From positions 630,001 to 662,000 of the forward strand of contig OY969425.1 of the NCBI GenBank assembly GCA_963699255.1: a stretch of 32,000 nt of DNA, given 5' to 3'. Position numbers and translations under genes: made by a program. The stretch is from an uncultured bacterium. GTDB taxonomy: Bacteria; Margulisbacteria; WOR-1; CAVSGV01. This document shows positions 9,024-19,375 of the stretch, one piece after another; position 1 is the stretch's first letter; the number at the start of each line of letters is the position of its first letter. The notes under the pieces are model-generated. The model was not told the DNA's origin. It worked only from the letters and a program-made list of their open reading frames with translations, and searched no databases.

Positions 9024-10223
9024 TCACAGGCCTGAAGCAATGTCTTGAAGGGTTGACCAATATAAGGATGCCTTTTCAATGGAAAATTCCTTTTTCACTT
9101 GATCGTAAGCATTCTGACCGATCTGTTCCCTTTCTTTGGGATCGAGCAATTTTTCCAGATAAGTTTCCCATTCGCCTTGCCGGGCAATGAACCCGCTCTT
9201 CCCATGTTCCACGTAATCGCTATAAACTGTAGGAGAACAGACACACGGGACTTTCATCGCGCTCATTTCTTCCCATTTGAGAGGCGATTTACCGGCATTG
9301 AAAGCATCATCGGTTAATGGGCATAACGCAATATCTCCAGATAGTTCCCTTAAAGATTGTGGATAGGTATAAATATCCGGATGCCATGGGATCCATTTCG
9401 CCCTATCTCCAAGCGCATGAAATAGCCCTGGATAAGATACGCCTTGAAAGAGATATTCAACTTCCGGATGCTTCCTTGCAAATGATATCAATTCAACCTT
9501 CACCATTACAAGATCCCGATAGTGAGACAAGCTCCCCTGCCATACGATGCGCAATTTCCCATCATTCCTTTTATTCATCAGGGAATATCTATTAAAGTCC
9601 ACCAGATTTGGCAGTACCGCGATTTTACCCTTCGGCCTATACTGTTTAAATGCTTCGGCTAATTGCGAGGTAGTCACTGTCAACAGGTCGACCTCTTTTA
9701 TGATATCTTGAACCGTTTTTTGCCTTGATAGATTAGCCTCAATATCAAAACCATTCTCTTTATCTTTGAACATGGTTACGCTCGCTGATCCGTCCTGATT
9801 TATCTGAAGAAGTTTCCTCTGACTTTCAGGTATCACGGATAATAGATCGGCCACTTGTTCCCTGTCTGAATATAAAACACTGCTCTCTTTGGTCCCCCAT
9901 GTGCAATACGAAGGATTCCAAGGTGACACATTAAAGGGGTCATCATCAAAATCCACAACAACACTTCGTTTCCTGTCCTTCCAGGTCATGATCGCCCTGA
10001 ACAATTTAAGCATTTTTTCCGAGATCGGATGATGGCAAACAATGACATCGGCTTGATGTACTTCATCGTTCAGCCGTTTAATATCATGAATCCCTGAATC
10101 ATACATGAATATGTCCTTGCTCAGGACATTTTTAAGATACCCGTAAGGTTGATGAATTCGATAGAATGACCAATCCTTTATCTCCTTTATATTAAAAGGT
10201 ATAGCTACGACCTTCATGATCAA
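9024..10223 (-). CDS. Glycosyltransferase (GT4/GT1-like)
   Basis: C-terminal GT-B features: KLRIVWQGSLSHYRD, DIALCPLTDDAFNAGKSPLKWEEMSAMKVPCVCSPT, GKSGFIA. Confidence 0.8.
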   Translation of the reverse strand: MIMKVVAIPFNIKEIKDWSFYRIHQPYGYLKNVLSKDIFMYDSGIHDIKRLNDEVHQADVIVCHHPISEKMLKLFRAIMTWKDRKRSVVVDFDDDPFNVSPWNPSYCTWGTKESSVLYSDREQVADLLSVIPESQRKLLQINQDGSASVTMFKDKENGFDIEANLSRQKTVQDIIKEVDLLTVTTSQLAEAFKQYRPKGKIAVLPNLVDFNRYSLMNKRNDGKLRIVWQGSLSHYRDLVMVKVELISFARKHPEVEYLFQGVSYPGLFHALGDRAKWIPWHPDIYTYPQSLRELSGDIALCPLTDDAFNAGKSPLKWEEMSAMKVPCVCSPTVYSDYVEHGKSGFIARQGEWETYLEKLLDPKEREQIGQNAYDQVKKEFSIEKASLYWSTLQDIASGL

Positions 10224-10339
10224 ATCACCACTTGATAATCAGGCGGTCTTATTTTGAATGGATCCGTTTTCATAATTATATGGGCTTGTCTCATATGACA
10301 TATATTATACATTTCAATAATATTATTTATATGAAAAAA

Positions 10340-11974
10340 TCATCTGATGTCGATCTGCACGCCTCTTTTTTTAAGCTCCCCGGCATAATACCTGGCAAGG
10401 TCATATTGTTTTTGGCCGTAATAATAAATGGCCAGGCACCTGTAAGCGCCTAAAAAATCCGGATTTATCTCCAGCGTTCTTTTCCACTGCGCTTCCGCTT
10501 CCTTTAACCTGCCCTCTTTATAGTAAAGCAACCCGAGATTAAAATGGGCGTTATCATATGCGGGGTTGATAGCTATTTCTTTCATGAACTCAGCATCGGC
10601 TTCCTTAAGCCTGTTCCTGTCCATATATATCAGGGCCAGATTATTGTGGACCATCGGTTCGTTCGGAGCCAGCTCAAGGGTTTTCCTGTATTCGCTCTCG
10701 GCTTTATCCGGCATGCCGTCCAGGTAATACATGGCCCCGAGATTCCGGTGAGCCAGAGGATGGCGGGGCGAGGTCTTAACGGCGCTTTCCCAGAAGGTCA
10801 ATCTGTCCTTATAATGGCCGGAGTTTATAAAAGTGAGGGCCGAAAACAAAACGATCACCAGCACGCTTAACGCCAGGCCTTTCTTATGAAGGTCAATATT
10901 GTTCCTTATCAGATCGGTCTCCAATAACAGGATAATGGATCCGATGATCGGCAGATATAGCCTGTGCTCGTATACCGCGACGCCCGTGAACCTGGCGGGA
11001 TCCGAGAACACAAGCGCAGGCAAAAGAAAAAGAACGAACCATAAAGCCCCGAATAAAATATGCCCGTAACGCCTGTTCTTTGTAAAAACCAGCAATAAAA
11101 TAATGATAAGAAGGGTGATCCATCCATAGATCAAAGAGGAGTCTTGTAACATCGGCAACACTGATAAATTGAAAGGCAGGAGCACTTTACCGGTATAGAG
11201 GATCACCGCGGGGAGATTGAACATAGCCCCAAGCGTGTCAAATAGCTTTAGCGGGACCGCCCCTGTAAGGACGATCTTCCTGAGCAAAAACCAGGCAAGC
11301 GAGACGAAGAACCATCCGGCAGCCAGAAGCCCTTTACTCACATTGTAAAACCCGGCTTTTTCCTTGAAGATCAGATAATAATACAAAAGGAACATCAAGA
11401 CCAGAACAAGGGCGGTTTCTTTTGTGAAAAGCGCCAGAGCAAAGAACAAAAGGTTCAAAACATAATAAAGCCAGCTTCTTGTGTCCAGATATTCCAGGAA
11501 TACAATGAGGTCCAGCAGAACAAAAACCGTTAGAAGCGGATCTATCCTCCCAGGGATCCAGGCCACCGCCGAAGTCAACGCCGGATGGACCGTGAATAAC
11601 AGCGCGAAAATAAAGGCCGCTACATTCTTATACCTCAGCTTTATCAGGAACGCGTAAACCAGGCAGGATGCCAGAAGATGAAGGAGAATGTTCGTCAAAT
11701 GATATACAAAAGGCCCTGTGCCGCCGATCTGAGCATCCAGTATGTACGGAATGATCGACACCGGACGATAAAACGTCCCGAAAGCAGGGATAATATTCTG
11801 ACTGAAAGCATGAAAGATATTGGATAGGACGCTTATTGAATGGAAGCTGTCAAGGATGACGGCGTTATCATCCAGATAGACAAGGCCAAAAAACAGCGTC
11901 TGCGCGTAAAGAATAAATCCCAGGGCAATTATCCATACATAGGGATGCCAGGTCCTGAGGAATATTTTTTCCAT
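10340..11974 (-). CDS. Polytopic membrane protein with C-terminal TPR repeats (TMTC/GT-C-like)
   Basis: Multiple TM segments with early YLDDNAVILDSF (DD in first loop), then tandem TPRs AESEYRKTLELAPNEPMVHNNLALIYMDRNRLKEADAEF... Confidence 0.8.
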   Translation of the reverse strand: MEKIFLRTWHPYVWIIALGFILYAQTLFFGLVYLDDNAVILDSFHSISVLSNIFHAFSQNIIPAFGTFYRPVSIIPYILDAQIGGTGPFVYHLTNILLHLLASCLVYAFLIKLRYKNVAAFIFALLFTVHPALTSAVAWIPGRIDPLLTVFVLLDLIVFLEYLDTRSWLYYVLNLLFFALALFTKETALVLVLMFLLYYYLIFKEKAGFYNVSKGLLAAGWFFVSLAWFLLRKIVLTGAVPLKLFDTLGAMFNLPAVILYTGKVLLPFNLSVLPMLQDSSLIYGWITLLIIILLLVFTKNRRYGHILFGALWFVLFLLPALVFSDPARFTGVAVYEHRLYLPIIGSIILLLETDLIRNNIDLHKKGLALSVLVIVLFSALTFINSGHYKDRLTFWESAVKTSPRHPLAHRNLGAMYYLDGMPDKAESEYRKTLELAPNEPMVHNNLALIYMDRNRLKEADAEFMKEIAINPAYDNAHFNLGLLYYKEGRLKEAEAQWKRTLEINPDFLGAYRCLAIYYYGQKQYDLARYYAGELKKRGVQIDIR

Positions 11975-12035
11975 TTGACCTGATTATACCCCGAAACAGG
12001 GACGCTGTCAGGAAGCTGCGGAACCCAGCCAAATA

Positions 12036-12064
12036 TTGATTTTATTCTCCGGTTAAGGTATATT
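12036..12064 (+). promoter_or_regulatory. Candidate promoter of pyrK-pyrD-ogg
   Basis: TTGATT (12036-12041), 17-nt spacer, TATATT (12059-12064), ATG at 12075. Confidence 0.5.
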
Positions 12065-12074
12065 AGTTGTTTAA

Positions 12075-12857
12075 ATGAAGCACCAGGAGATCGCCAAAGT
12101 TCTGGAAATTGAGAAAGCCGCCCCGGAACATTTTCGAGTTACGCTAGCCGCTCCAAGGATATCAAGAGAATCGATCCCCGGACAATTCGTCATGATCAAA
12201 TGCAGCGACGGCTCCGATCCTCTCCTGAGGCGGCCGATAAGCCTGAATAAGATAGACCAGGCCAAAGGCACTATAGATATCCTGTTCAGGGTGATAGGAA
12301 AAGGGACAAGGCTCCTTTCTGAAGTGGAGCCTGGCGGAGACCTGGACATTATCGGGCCGCTTGGCAACGGCTTCAAGATCGACGCGTCAAAGGAAGTGGC
12401 GATACTTGTGGGAGGCGGAGCCGGGATCGCTCCCCTGCTCAGCCTGGCAAAGGAAATATCCGTCAAGACCAAAGCCCGGTACGCGCTGATCGGAGCGAAC
12501 AACATCAGCTCCGTCCTCTGCGAAGAGGATTTTAAGGATCTCGGGTTTGAAACGACCGTCTCCACCGATGACGGCACTTACGGCATAAAGGGAAAGGTCA
12601 CGGACATGCTGCTTGAGGTCATCGACTCAAAGCTATCACCCATCAACTCTCACATATACGCGTGCGGCCCCAGGCTGATGGTAAAAGAACTGGAAAGCAT
12701 CTCCACCCAGTATAAAATACCCTGCCAGGTGTCGTTTGAGGAATGGATGGCGTGCGGTTTCGGTTCATGCAACGGATGCACCGTAAAAACGAAAAGCGGT
12801 TATAAAAAGGTCTGCTCCGACGGGCCTATATTCAACGCGGGGGAAATCCTATGGTAG
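12075..12857 (+). CDS. pyrK: Dihydroorotate dehydrogenase electron transfer subunit
   Basis: FAD/NAD domain RRPISLN, GGGAGIAPLL, and Fe-S cluster motif CGFGSCNGCTVKTKSGYKKVCSDGPIF. Confidence 0.92.
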   Translation: MKHQEIAKVLEIEKAAPEHFRVTLAAPRISRESIPGQFVMIKCSDGSDPLLRRPISLNKIDQAKGTIDILFRVIGKGTRLLSEVEPGGDLDIIGPLGNGFKIDASKEVAILVGGGAGIAPLLSLAKEISVKTKARYALIGANNISSVLCEEDFKDLGFETTVSTDDGTYGIKGKVTDMLLEVIDSKLSPINSHIYACGPRLMVKELESISTQYKIPCQVSFEEWMACGFGSCNGCTVKTKSGYKKVCSDGPIFNAGEILW

Positions 12858-13765
12858 ATACAGCTGTGAATATCGCCGGAATAAAAATGAAGAATCCCGT
12901 GATGGTGGCATCGGGGACTTTCGGATCGGGACAGGATTATGTCGACTTCGTCACGCTTGAGGAGATCGGAGCTATCGTGACCAAAAGCGTCACGCTTAAA
13001 TCCAGAGCGGGCAATCCTCCCCCAAGGATATGCGAAACCCCGTCGGGGATGCTGAACACGATCGGGCTTGAAAATCCCGGGATAGATAAATTCATCCGGG
13101 TCGACCTCGAGTTCCTTAAAAAGTTCAAAACCCCCGTGATAGTCAACATTGCCGGAGAAACGCTTGATGAATATATCGAGCTGGCAAAGATCCTGGACAA
13201 GCAGGACAGGGTGAACGGCATCGAGATAAATGTCTCCTGCCCCAACGTTGAAAAGGGCTGCATCTCTTTCGGCATCGATCCTCTGGCGACCATGGAGGTC
13301 GTGAGAGCTGTCAGGAAACAGACCAAAAAGCCGCTGATCACAAAACTTACACCGAACGTGACCGATATCAAGGCGATCGCAAAGGCCGCGGAGGAGGCGG
13401 GAAGCGACGCCATTTCCGCGATAAACACGGTCATAGGAATGGCGATAGATATCAACAGCAGAAAGCCGAAGCTGTCGATGGTCACGGGAGGACTTTCCGG
13501 CCCGGCGATAAAGCCGATAGCCGTAAGGATGGTCAATGAAATATATAAAGCGGTCAGGATACCGGTCATCGGGATCGGCGGGATCATGGATGCGGGTGAC
13601 GCGGTTGAATTCATCCTGGCCGGCGCGTCAGCGGTCCAGGTCGGCACAGGCAACTTCGTCAATCCCCGCGCATCCACAGAAATAGCTGAGGGCATAAAGA
13701 AATACCTTGCGGCCAATAAGTTCACCGGCATAAAAGACATCATCGGCAAAGTAATCTCCTCTTAA
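12851..13765 (+). CDS. pyrD: Dihydroorotate dehydrogenase B catalytic subunit
   Basis: IKMKNPVMVASGTFG, NTIGLENPG, INVSCPNVEKG, GLSGPAIKPIAVRMV, IGIGGIMDAGDAVEF. Confidence 0.95.
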   Translation: MVDTAVNIAGIKMKNPVMVASGTFGSGQDYVDFVTLEEIGAIVTKSVTLKSRAGNPPPRICETPSGMLNTIGLENPGIDKFIRVDLEFLKKFKTPVIVNIAGETLDEYIELAKILDKQDRVNGIEINVSCPNVEKGCISFGIDPLATMEVVRAVRKQTKKPLITKLTPNVTDIKAIAKAAEEAGSDAISAINTVIGMAIDINSRKPKLSMVTGGLSGPAIKPIAVRMVNEIYKAVRIPVIGIGGIMDAGDAVEFILAGASAVQVGTGNFVNPRASTEIAEGIKKYLAANKFTGIKDIIGKVISS

Positions 13766-13770
13766 TAAAA

Positions 13771-14566
13771 ATGCAAAAGATCAAAGCCAAAGATTTCAAC
13801 CTGGATGTAACGCTTTCGTGCGGGCAGGTCTTCAGGTGGCATAAGCATCACGACGGCTTCTGGTACGGGTTCATCTCGAACAAGATCGTAAAGATATATC
13901 AAAAGGGGGACTATCTTTATTATCAAGGAGCAGCCGGCAAGTCGGAAATAATCGATTACTTCAATCTGGATGATGACTACAAAAGGATCCTAAGATCGAT
14001 CGCCAAGGATGCGCTAATTAAAAAAGCAATAAAAAAGTACCATGGCCTTCGCATAATAAAGCAGGATCCCTTTGAGTGCCTGATGACATATATATTATCA
14101 TCACAAAACAACATCCCCAGGATAAACAAAATGGTGAATGAGATGAGCCGGAGGTTCGGCAGAAAGATAAAGTTCGAGGGCCGGGAATATTATGCTTTTC
14201 CAAAATTGACCGACCTGAAGGGATGCTGCCGCGAGGATATCCGCGCCTGCAGGCTGGGCTTCAGGGATAAATTTCTGGACGACGCTGTAAGTAAATCGTG
14301 GAATAAAGAAGTGCGATTGAATAAGATCGCGAATTTGCCGTATGAAAAAGCAAAGAAAGAGCTTTTAAAGATAAAAGGGGTCGGCAATAAGGTCGCCGAC
14401 TGTGTTCTGCTTTTCGGTTTCAATAAATATGAAGCATTCCCGATCGACAGATGGATAATGAGGGCAATGGAAAAATATTACAAAGGGAAAGACGGTATCT
14501 TATTTTGGAAAATACGCGGGATATGCTCAGGAATTTTTATACCTATACATACGAGACGCGAGATGA
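13771..14566 (+). CDS. ogg: 8-oxoguanine DNA glycosylase (HhH-GPD), apparent frameshift near 14503
   Basis: SCGQVFRW, LSSQNNI, KGVGNKVADCVLLFGFNKYEAFPIDRWI. After removing one T at 14503-14506 it ends in the family-typical FGKYAGYAQEFLYLYIRDAR*. Confidence 0.88.
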
Positions 14567-14617
14567 GAGATGTGAGATAAGACTTCGCATCTCGCACTTC
14601 ACCTCTCTCATCTCTTC
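14553..14617. repeat. GAGATGN heptamer repeat in inverted arrangement between convergent genes
   Basis: + strand GAGACGC GAGATGA GAGATGT GAGATAA, then on the minus strand GAGATGA GAGAGGT GAAGTGC GAGATGC. Confidence 0.75.
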
Positions 14618-16095
14618 TTTTCTATTATTTCCCTCGCCACTTCCCTGTCATCTATCTGGATCTTGACCCCGTTATAGTCCTGGGCCCTCTCGTGTCCCCT
14701 GCCGGCCAATACGACAGCGTCATCCGCGCCGGCCATGTGAATGGCCTGCTCTATCGCGGTCCTTCTGTCCTCGATCTTCAGGTAATTCTTGCCGTAACCG
14801 CCCCCCGCCCTGACCACTCCTTCTTCTATTTCTTTCATTATCGCTTCAGGGGCTTCCGAATGAGGATCATCGGTAGAGATGTAAGTAAAATCGGCAAGCT
14901 TGACAGCGATCTCCCCCATCACCGGCCTTTTGGCCCTGTCCCTGTCGCCGGGGCAGCCGAAAACAAGGATCATTTTCCCTTTCACGAGCGGCCTTATCGT
15001 CTCAAGAAGCTTCGTCAGGCTGTCCGGTGAATGCGCAAAATCAACTATCAGAGGGAACCTCTGGCCGGCGTGAACCAGTTCAAATCTCCCCGGGATATAT
15101 TTCACTTCTTCAACGGCTTTCTTCATCTGTTCATAGGGCAGATCGAACGCCCTGCCGCAAAGAAGCGCAGCCATGATATTGTACGCGTTGTAGACGCCTA
15201 TAAGATTCGTGTTCATCTTCAGCTTTACGTCATGCGTCTCAAGGTCAAACCTCATGTGTTCCAGGGTCCACTCAAAATTCGACGCTCTCAGGCTCGCGTT
15301 GTTTATGACCCCGTATGTCATTATGCTCCCGTCGATGAACGTCAATATCTTCTTGCCGTAAGGGTCGTCGATGTTCACTATCCCTGTCACGTCCTTCTTA
15401 TGGCCCTTGCCTAATTTCTGAAAAAGCTTCATTTTTGCTTTCAGGTAATTCTGCATGTTCTCGTGAAAATCAAGATGGTCATGCGTCAAATTGGTGTATA
15501 TAGCAACATCAAATTCGCAGCCGTGCGTCCTGTGAAGCTCCAGGGAATGCGAAGAAACCTCCATGACGACATGCGTAACTCCTTCCCTGAGCATTTGTGC
15601 TAGAAGCTCCTGAAGCTCGGAAGATTCGGGCGTGGTCAGTTTTACCGGCAGACCCCTGCCGTTTATCCGCGCCTCCACCGTCCCTATCACGCCGACCTTA
15701 TATCCCGCTTTCCTCAGTATCGCCTCGATAAGGAAGGAAGTTGTCGTCTTGCCGTTTGTCCCCGTGATCCCGATCATCTTCAGATGCCTCGATGGATGGC
15801 CGAAGAAGGCAGAGGCAAGTTCGGCAAGCGCTATACGGGCATTCGGCACAATGACCTTCGTGATACCGTCAGGCAGGTCCATGTCTTTTTCAAGCACCAC
15901 TGTCCTCGCCCCGCGTTCAACCGCTTGAACGGCGTAGCTGGCCCCGTCGGCCTTAAATCCGGGAACGGCGACAAAAAGGCTGTTCGAAACAGCGGACCTT
16001 GAGTCATAAGCGATCCCCGAGACCTCAACTTCAGAGTCCCCGACGATCCTTGTATTTTTTAATGAAAGCAATAGATCTTTAAGTTTCATGGTCAT
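14608..16095 (-). CDS. murE: UDP-N-acetylmuramoyl-tripeptide synthetase
   Basis: DSRAVSNSLFVAVPG, GITGTNGKTTTSFL, EVSSHSLELHR, FDVAIYTNLTHDHLDFH, CPGDRDRAKRPVMG, TSDDPHSEAPEAI (actual text STDDPHSEAPEAI). Confidence 0.95.
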   Translation of the reverse strand: MTMKLKDLLLSLKNTRIVGDSEVEVSGIAYDSRSAVSNSLFVAVPGFKADGASYAVQAVERGARTVVLEKDMDLPDGITKVIVPNARIALAELASAFFGHPSRHLKMIGITGTNGKTTTSFLIEAILRKAGYKVGVIGTVEARINGRGLPVKLTTPESSELQELLAQMLREGVTHVVMEVSSHSLELHRTHGCEFDVAIYTNLTHDHLDFHENMQNYLKAKMKLFQKLGKGHKKDVTGIVNIDDPYGKKILTFIDGSIMTYGVINNASLRASNFEWTLEHMRFDLETHDVKLKMNTNLIGVYNAYNIMAALLCGRAFDLPYEQMKKAVEEVKYIPGRFELVHAGQRFPLIVDFAHSPDSLTKLLETIRPLVKGKMILVFGCPGDRDRAKRPVMGEIAVKLADFTYISTDDPHSEAPEAIMKEIEEGVVRAGGGYGKNYLKIEDRRTAIEQAIHMAGADDAVVLAGRGHERAQDYNGVKIQIDDREVAREIIEKKR

Positions 16096-17159
16096 TCGGA
16101 TAAGGAATCCGATATTTTCCCCTTTGTCAAAAGGCTCCTGAGTCCCTGGTAAAATGACACACCCTTATCGAAGATAGTATAGCTCACAGGTTCAAATGGC
16201 AGGTCATACGCGCCTATCCAGGACCTGACGGCTCCGTTAAAACCTTTTTTAAATCTATATACCCCGAAAAGCGGATGTTTTTCGTCAGGGCTTGAAGGGA
16301 TACCCCAAAGGTCATACACTTTAATCCCGTTTTCTTTCGCCCATTTTATCAGATGCCAGTGAAGGGCGTGGTTGGGCATGACGTTCCTGTAATCATTGAT
16401 CGATGCTCCGTACATGTACCAGATACGATCCCCGAACCTGAAAGCAAAAAGCGAGGCTACGGGGATGTTCTGATATTCGGCGATAAAAACATTCGCCAGG
16501 CCTCTGTCGATGAGGCATTCCTTCAGCTTAAGGTAATACGACTGCGGATGTATGAGGAAAACATCCCTCTTGCTTGTTTCGCGGTATATCTTATAAAAAG
16601 ACTCGATGCCCTTCCCGGTCGATTCCTCTCTTACTCTAACGCCTTTTTTCTCCGCAAGCCTGATGTTATACCTGGTTTTTTCCTCAAAGCTCATCAGAAG
16701 TTCGTCGAGCCCCTTTGTGAGATCTATAAAATAGGTCGTCCGCGGCTGCACCTGTTTGTGCTTGCGGATAAAACCCCTTTTATTAAGGATATTGACCGCC
16801 GCGGCATCCTTCTCGTCTATCTCGGGATCTATCTTCAACGCGATGGCGTTCCTCAGCGCCGCCTCCACGCACACGCTGTCAACGAGGGCGTTGATCAGTC
16901 CGGGATCGGAGAACGGGACTATGGGGCCCCTGGGAGCATAGAAAAAGTTCTTTTTAACTACGGGGAGTTTCCTGGATAAAATGGACATTCCGGCTTTTAT
17001 CTGGCCGCCGTCCTCCACCGCTACTATGAAATGGTCCCACCCGAGTTTTGACTTGAACTCCCCCCACTCGTAGGACTGGAGTATCTGGCTGTCTTTCTGG
17101 GAGGCAACAAAATCATCCCATGCCGTCCTGTCATTTGCTGTTAACACCCTGACCTGCAT
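16092..17159 (-). CDS. FemAB-type peptidoglycan bridge aminoacyltransferase / lipid II:glycine transferase-like
   Basis: QSYEWGEFKSKLGW, RYNIRLAEKKGV, WYMYGASINDYRNVMPNHALHWHLIKWAKENGIKVYDLWGIP, FKKGFNG. Confidence 0.88.
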   Translation of the reverse strand: MQVRVLTANDRTAWDDFVASQKDSQILQSYEWGEFKSKLGWDHFIVAVEDGGQIKAGMSILSRKLPVVKKNFFYAPRGPIVPFSDPGLINALVDSVCVEAALRNAIALKIDPEIDEKDAAAVNILNKRGFIRKHKQVQPRTTYFIDLTKGLDELLMSFEEKTRYNIRLAEKKGVRVREESTGKGIESFYKIYRETSKRDVFLIHPQSYYLKLKECLIDRGLANVFIAEYQNIPVASLFAFRFGDRIWYMYGASINDYRNVMPNHALHWHLIKWAKENGIKVYDLWGIPSSPDEKHPLFGVYRFKKGFNGAVRSWIGAYDLPFEPVSYTIFDKGVSFYQGLRSLLTKGKISDSLSE

Positions 17160-17188
17160 AATAAGGCGATTTTATCATACCTAAAAAA

Positions 17189-17216
17189 GAGATGCGAGAT
17201 GAGAGATGGGAGATGA
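17189..17216 (+). repeat. Four tandem GAGATGN heptamers
   Basis: GAGATGC GAGATGA GAGATGG GAGATGA. Confidence 0.9.
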
Positions 17217-17227
17217 GATAAAAGATG

Positions 17228-17236
17228 TGATATAAT
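17228..17236 (+). promoter_or_regulatory. Extended -10 element upstream of trpG/pabA-type gene
   Basis: TGATATAAT; ATG follows 7 nt downstream at 17244. Confidence 0.5.
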
Positions 17237-17243
17237 CAATAGC

Positions 17244-17807
17244 ATGATCTTGGTAATCGACAACTATGATTCATTCACTTATAACCTGGTCCAATATCTG
17301 GGCGAGCTCGGGGCTGAACTTCAAACCTACAGGAACGACAAAATAACCATTGACGAGATAAAGAAGCTGAACCCCGAAAAGATCCTCATCTCTCCCGGCC
17401 CCGGCTATCCGAAAGACGCTGGAATAAGCATCCCTTTAGTAAAGGAGTTCGCGGGCAAGGTCCCGATCCTCGGGGTTTGCCTGGGGCATCAGGCCATCGG
17501 GGAAGCTTTCGGGGGGCATATTGTCCAGGCGAAACGCTTTATGCACGGAAAAACATCACAGATCCATCACGACGGAAAAACGATATTCAAGGGGCTTCCG
17601 GATCCGTTCACCGCAACAAGATACCACTCTCTGCTGGTTGAAAAAGCAAGCCTGCCTGACTGCCTTGAGATAAGCGCCTGGACGGACCAGGACGAGATAA
17701 TGGGATTAAGGCACAAGGAATACAAGGTGGAGGGCATTCAATTCCATCCTGAATCGATACTGACCACTGAAGGGAAAAAGCTTCTTAAGAACTTCTTGTC
17801 CCTTTAG
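17244..17807 (+). CDS. Anthranilate/aminodeoxychorismate synthase component II (glutamine amidotransferase)
   Basis: [61 protein letters not shown]; trpG versus pabA not resolvable here. Confidence 0.93.
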   Translation: MILVIDNYDSFTYNLVQYLGELGAELQTYRNDKITIDEIKKLNPEKILISPGPGYPKDAGISIPLVKEFAGKVPILGVCLGHQAIGEAFGGHIVQAKRFMHGKTSQIHHDGKTIFKGLPDPFTATRYHSLLVEKASLPDCLEISAWTDQDEIMGLRHKEYKVEGIQFHPESILTTEGKKLLKNFLSL

Positions 17808-18051
17808 GTTTTTCCGGCTTGCTTTCCTTTTTGACTTCCGGCAGCTTGCCCGCAGGTTTTGTTTCGTGGAGTCCATCCTTCCTGTAATCGTTCACATAGA
17901 AGCCGGACCCCTTGAACACGATACCGGAAGAAGATATCAGGCGTTTAACATCCCTGCCGCATTTGGGGCACTTTGAGAACGGTTTTTCCTTTATGCTTTG
18001 TTCGACTTCGAATATTCCGCAGTGAGCGCACTTATAATCGTAAAGAGGCAT
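17785..18051 (-). CDS. FmdB-family zinc ribbon protein
   Basis: [56 protein letters not shown]; 3' end overlaps the convergent upstream neighbour by 23 nt. Confidence 0.9.
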   Translation of the reverse strand: MPLYDYKCAHCGIFEVEQSIKEKPFSKCPKCGRDVKRLISSSGIVFKGSGFYVNDYRKDGLHETKPAGKLPEVKKESKPEKPKGTRSS

Positions 18052-18096
18052 AGGTCAGAATATCAGGAAATCAGAAGATCAGGGAAGACGATCTGA

Positions 18097-19368
18097 TTAC
18101 TTGATTATCTTCACACCTCCCAGGTAGCTTATGAGAACGTCAGGGACCTTGATGGAGCCGTCGGGCTCCTGATAGTTCTCGAGGATCGCCGCGAATGTGC
18201 GCCCCACAGCCAGTCCGGACCCGTTCAAAGTATGAACGTACTCCGGTTTTGATTTCGCGTCCCTCCTGAACTTTATGTTGGCCCTCCTGGCCTGAAAATC
18301 CTCAAAGTTGGAACATGATGATATCTCCCTGTACCTGTTCTCCGAGGGGAACCAGACCTCGATGTCGTATGTCTTGGCGGCGGAAAACCCCAGGTCGCCG
18401 GTGCACAGGACAACTACCCTGTACGGCAAACCGAGCTTCTGGAGTATCTTCTCCGCGTCAGCCGTAAGACTCTCCAGTTCCTCATATGACTTTGACGGCT
18501 CGACGAATTTTACTATCTCAACTTTATTGAACTGGTGCTGGCGGATAAGCCCTTTGACGTCCTTTCCGTAGCTTCCGGCTTCGCGCCTGAAGCAGGGAGT
18601 ATAAGCGACATATTTTATGGGCAGCTTGTCTCCCGGAAGTATCTCTTCCCTGTGGATATTCGTTACCGGGACTTCCGCTGTAGGCGCGAGATAAAGGTCG
18701 TCGCTGCACTTATACAGGTCGTCAGCGAATTTCGGGAGCTGTCCTGTTCCGACGGCGCACTCAGCCGATACCAGGAACGGCGGTATGACCTCTGTGTACC
18801 CGTTCTCGTTCGTCTGGACATCGCGCATGAAATTAACGAGACCCCATTCAAGTTTAGCGCCAAGCCCCCTGTAAACGGTGAACCTGGAGCCAGCGATCTT
18901 CGCGCCCTGGGCCGCGCTGATGATCCCGAGCTTCTCCCCTAACTCATCGTGAGGTTTGGGTTGAAAATTGAATTTCTTGATCTGCCCCCATTTTCTCATT
19001 TCGACATTTTGCGAAGAATCTTTGCCGACGGGAACGCTCTCGTGAGGTATGTTCGGGAAGCAGAGAGAGATATCGTTCAGCTCGGAAGAAAGCTTCTTCA
19101 GCTGTTCTTCTTTCTTTGATATGTCCCTGTCGATCTCCTGTACCTGGGCCACCAGATAAGTGACGTCATCTTTTTCCCTTTTAAGTCTGGCGACATCCGC
19201 GGATAATTTATTCTTCTGGCCCTTCATCTGTTCCACGTCAAAAGTAAGCTGTCTCCATTTCTGGTCGATCGATATCAGCTTGTCGGCAAGAGAGGGATCC
19301 ATGCCCCTGTTATCAAGGGCACATTTCACGGCACCGGGGTCATCGCGAAGCAGTTTCGGGTCTAACAT
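18097..19368 (-). CDS. serS: Seryl-tRNA synthetase
   Basis: TAEVPVTNIH, CFRREAGSYGKDVKGLIRQHQF, LNGSGLAVGRTFAAILENYQ. Confidence 0.97.
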   Translation of the reverse strand: MLDPKLLRDDPGAVKCALDNRGMDPSLADKLISIDQKWRQLTFDVEQMKGQKNKLSADVARLKREKDDVTYLVAQVQEIDRDISKKEEQLKKLSSELNDISLCFPNIPHESVPVGKDSSQNVEMRKWGQIKKFNFQPKPHDELGEKLGIISAAQGAKIAGSRFTVYRGLGAKLEWGLVNFMRDVQTNENGYTEVIPPFLVSAECAVGTGQLPKFADDLYKCSDDLYLAPTAEVPVTNIHREEILPGDKLPIKYVAYTPCFRREAGSYGKDVKGLIRQHQFNKVEIVKFVEPSKSYEELESLTADAEKILQKLGLPYRVVVLCTGDLGFSAAKTYDIEVWFPSENRYREISSCSNFEDFQARRANIKFRRDAKSKPEYVHTLNGSGLAVGRTFAAILENYQEPDGSIKVPDVLISYLGGVKIIK

Positions 19369-19375
19369 GGCGGAA

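Noticed and set aside
10544-11127. Overlapping antisense ORFs (for example 10544-10870, 10893-11123, 10909-11127)
   Set aside because: They lie inside the well-supported TPR/membrane protein gene, lack homology-like motifs and are expected by chance in GC-balanced coding DNA.
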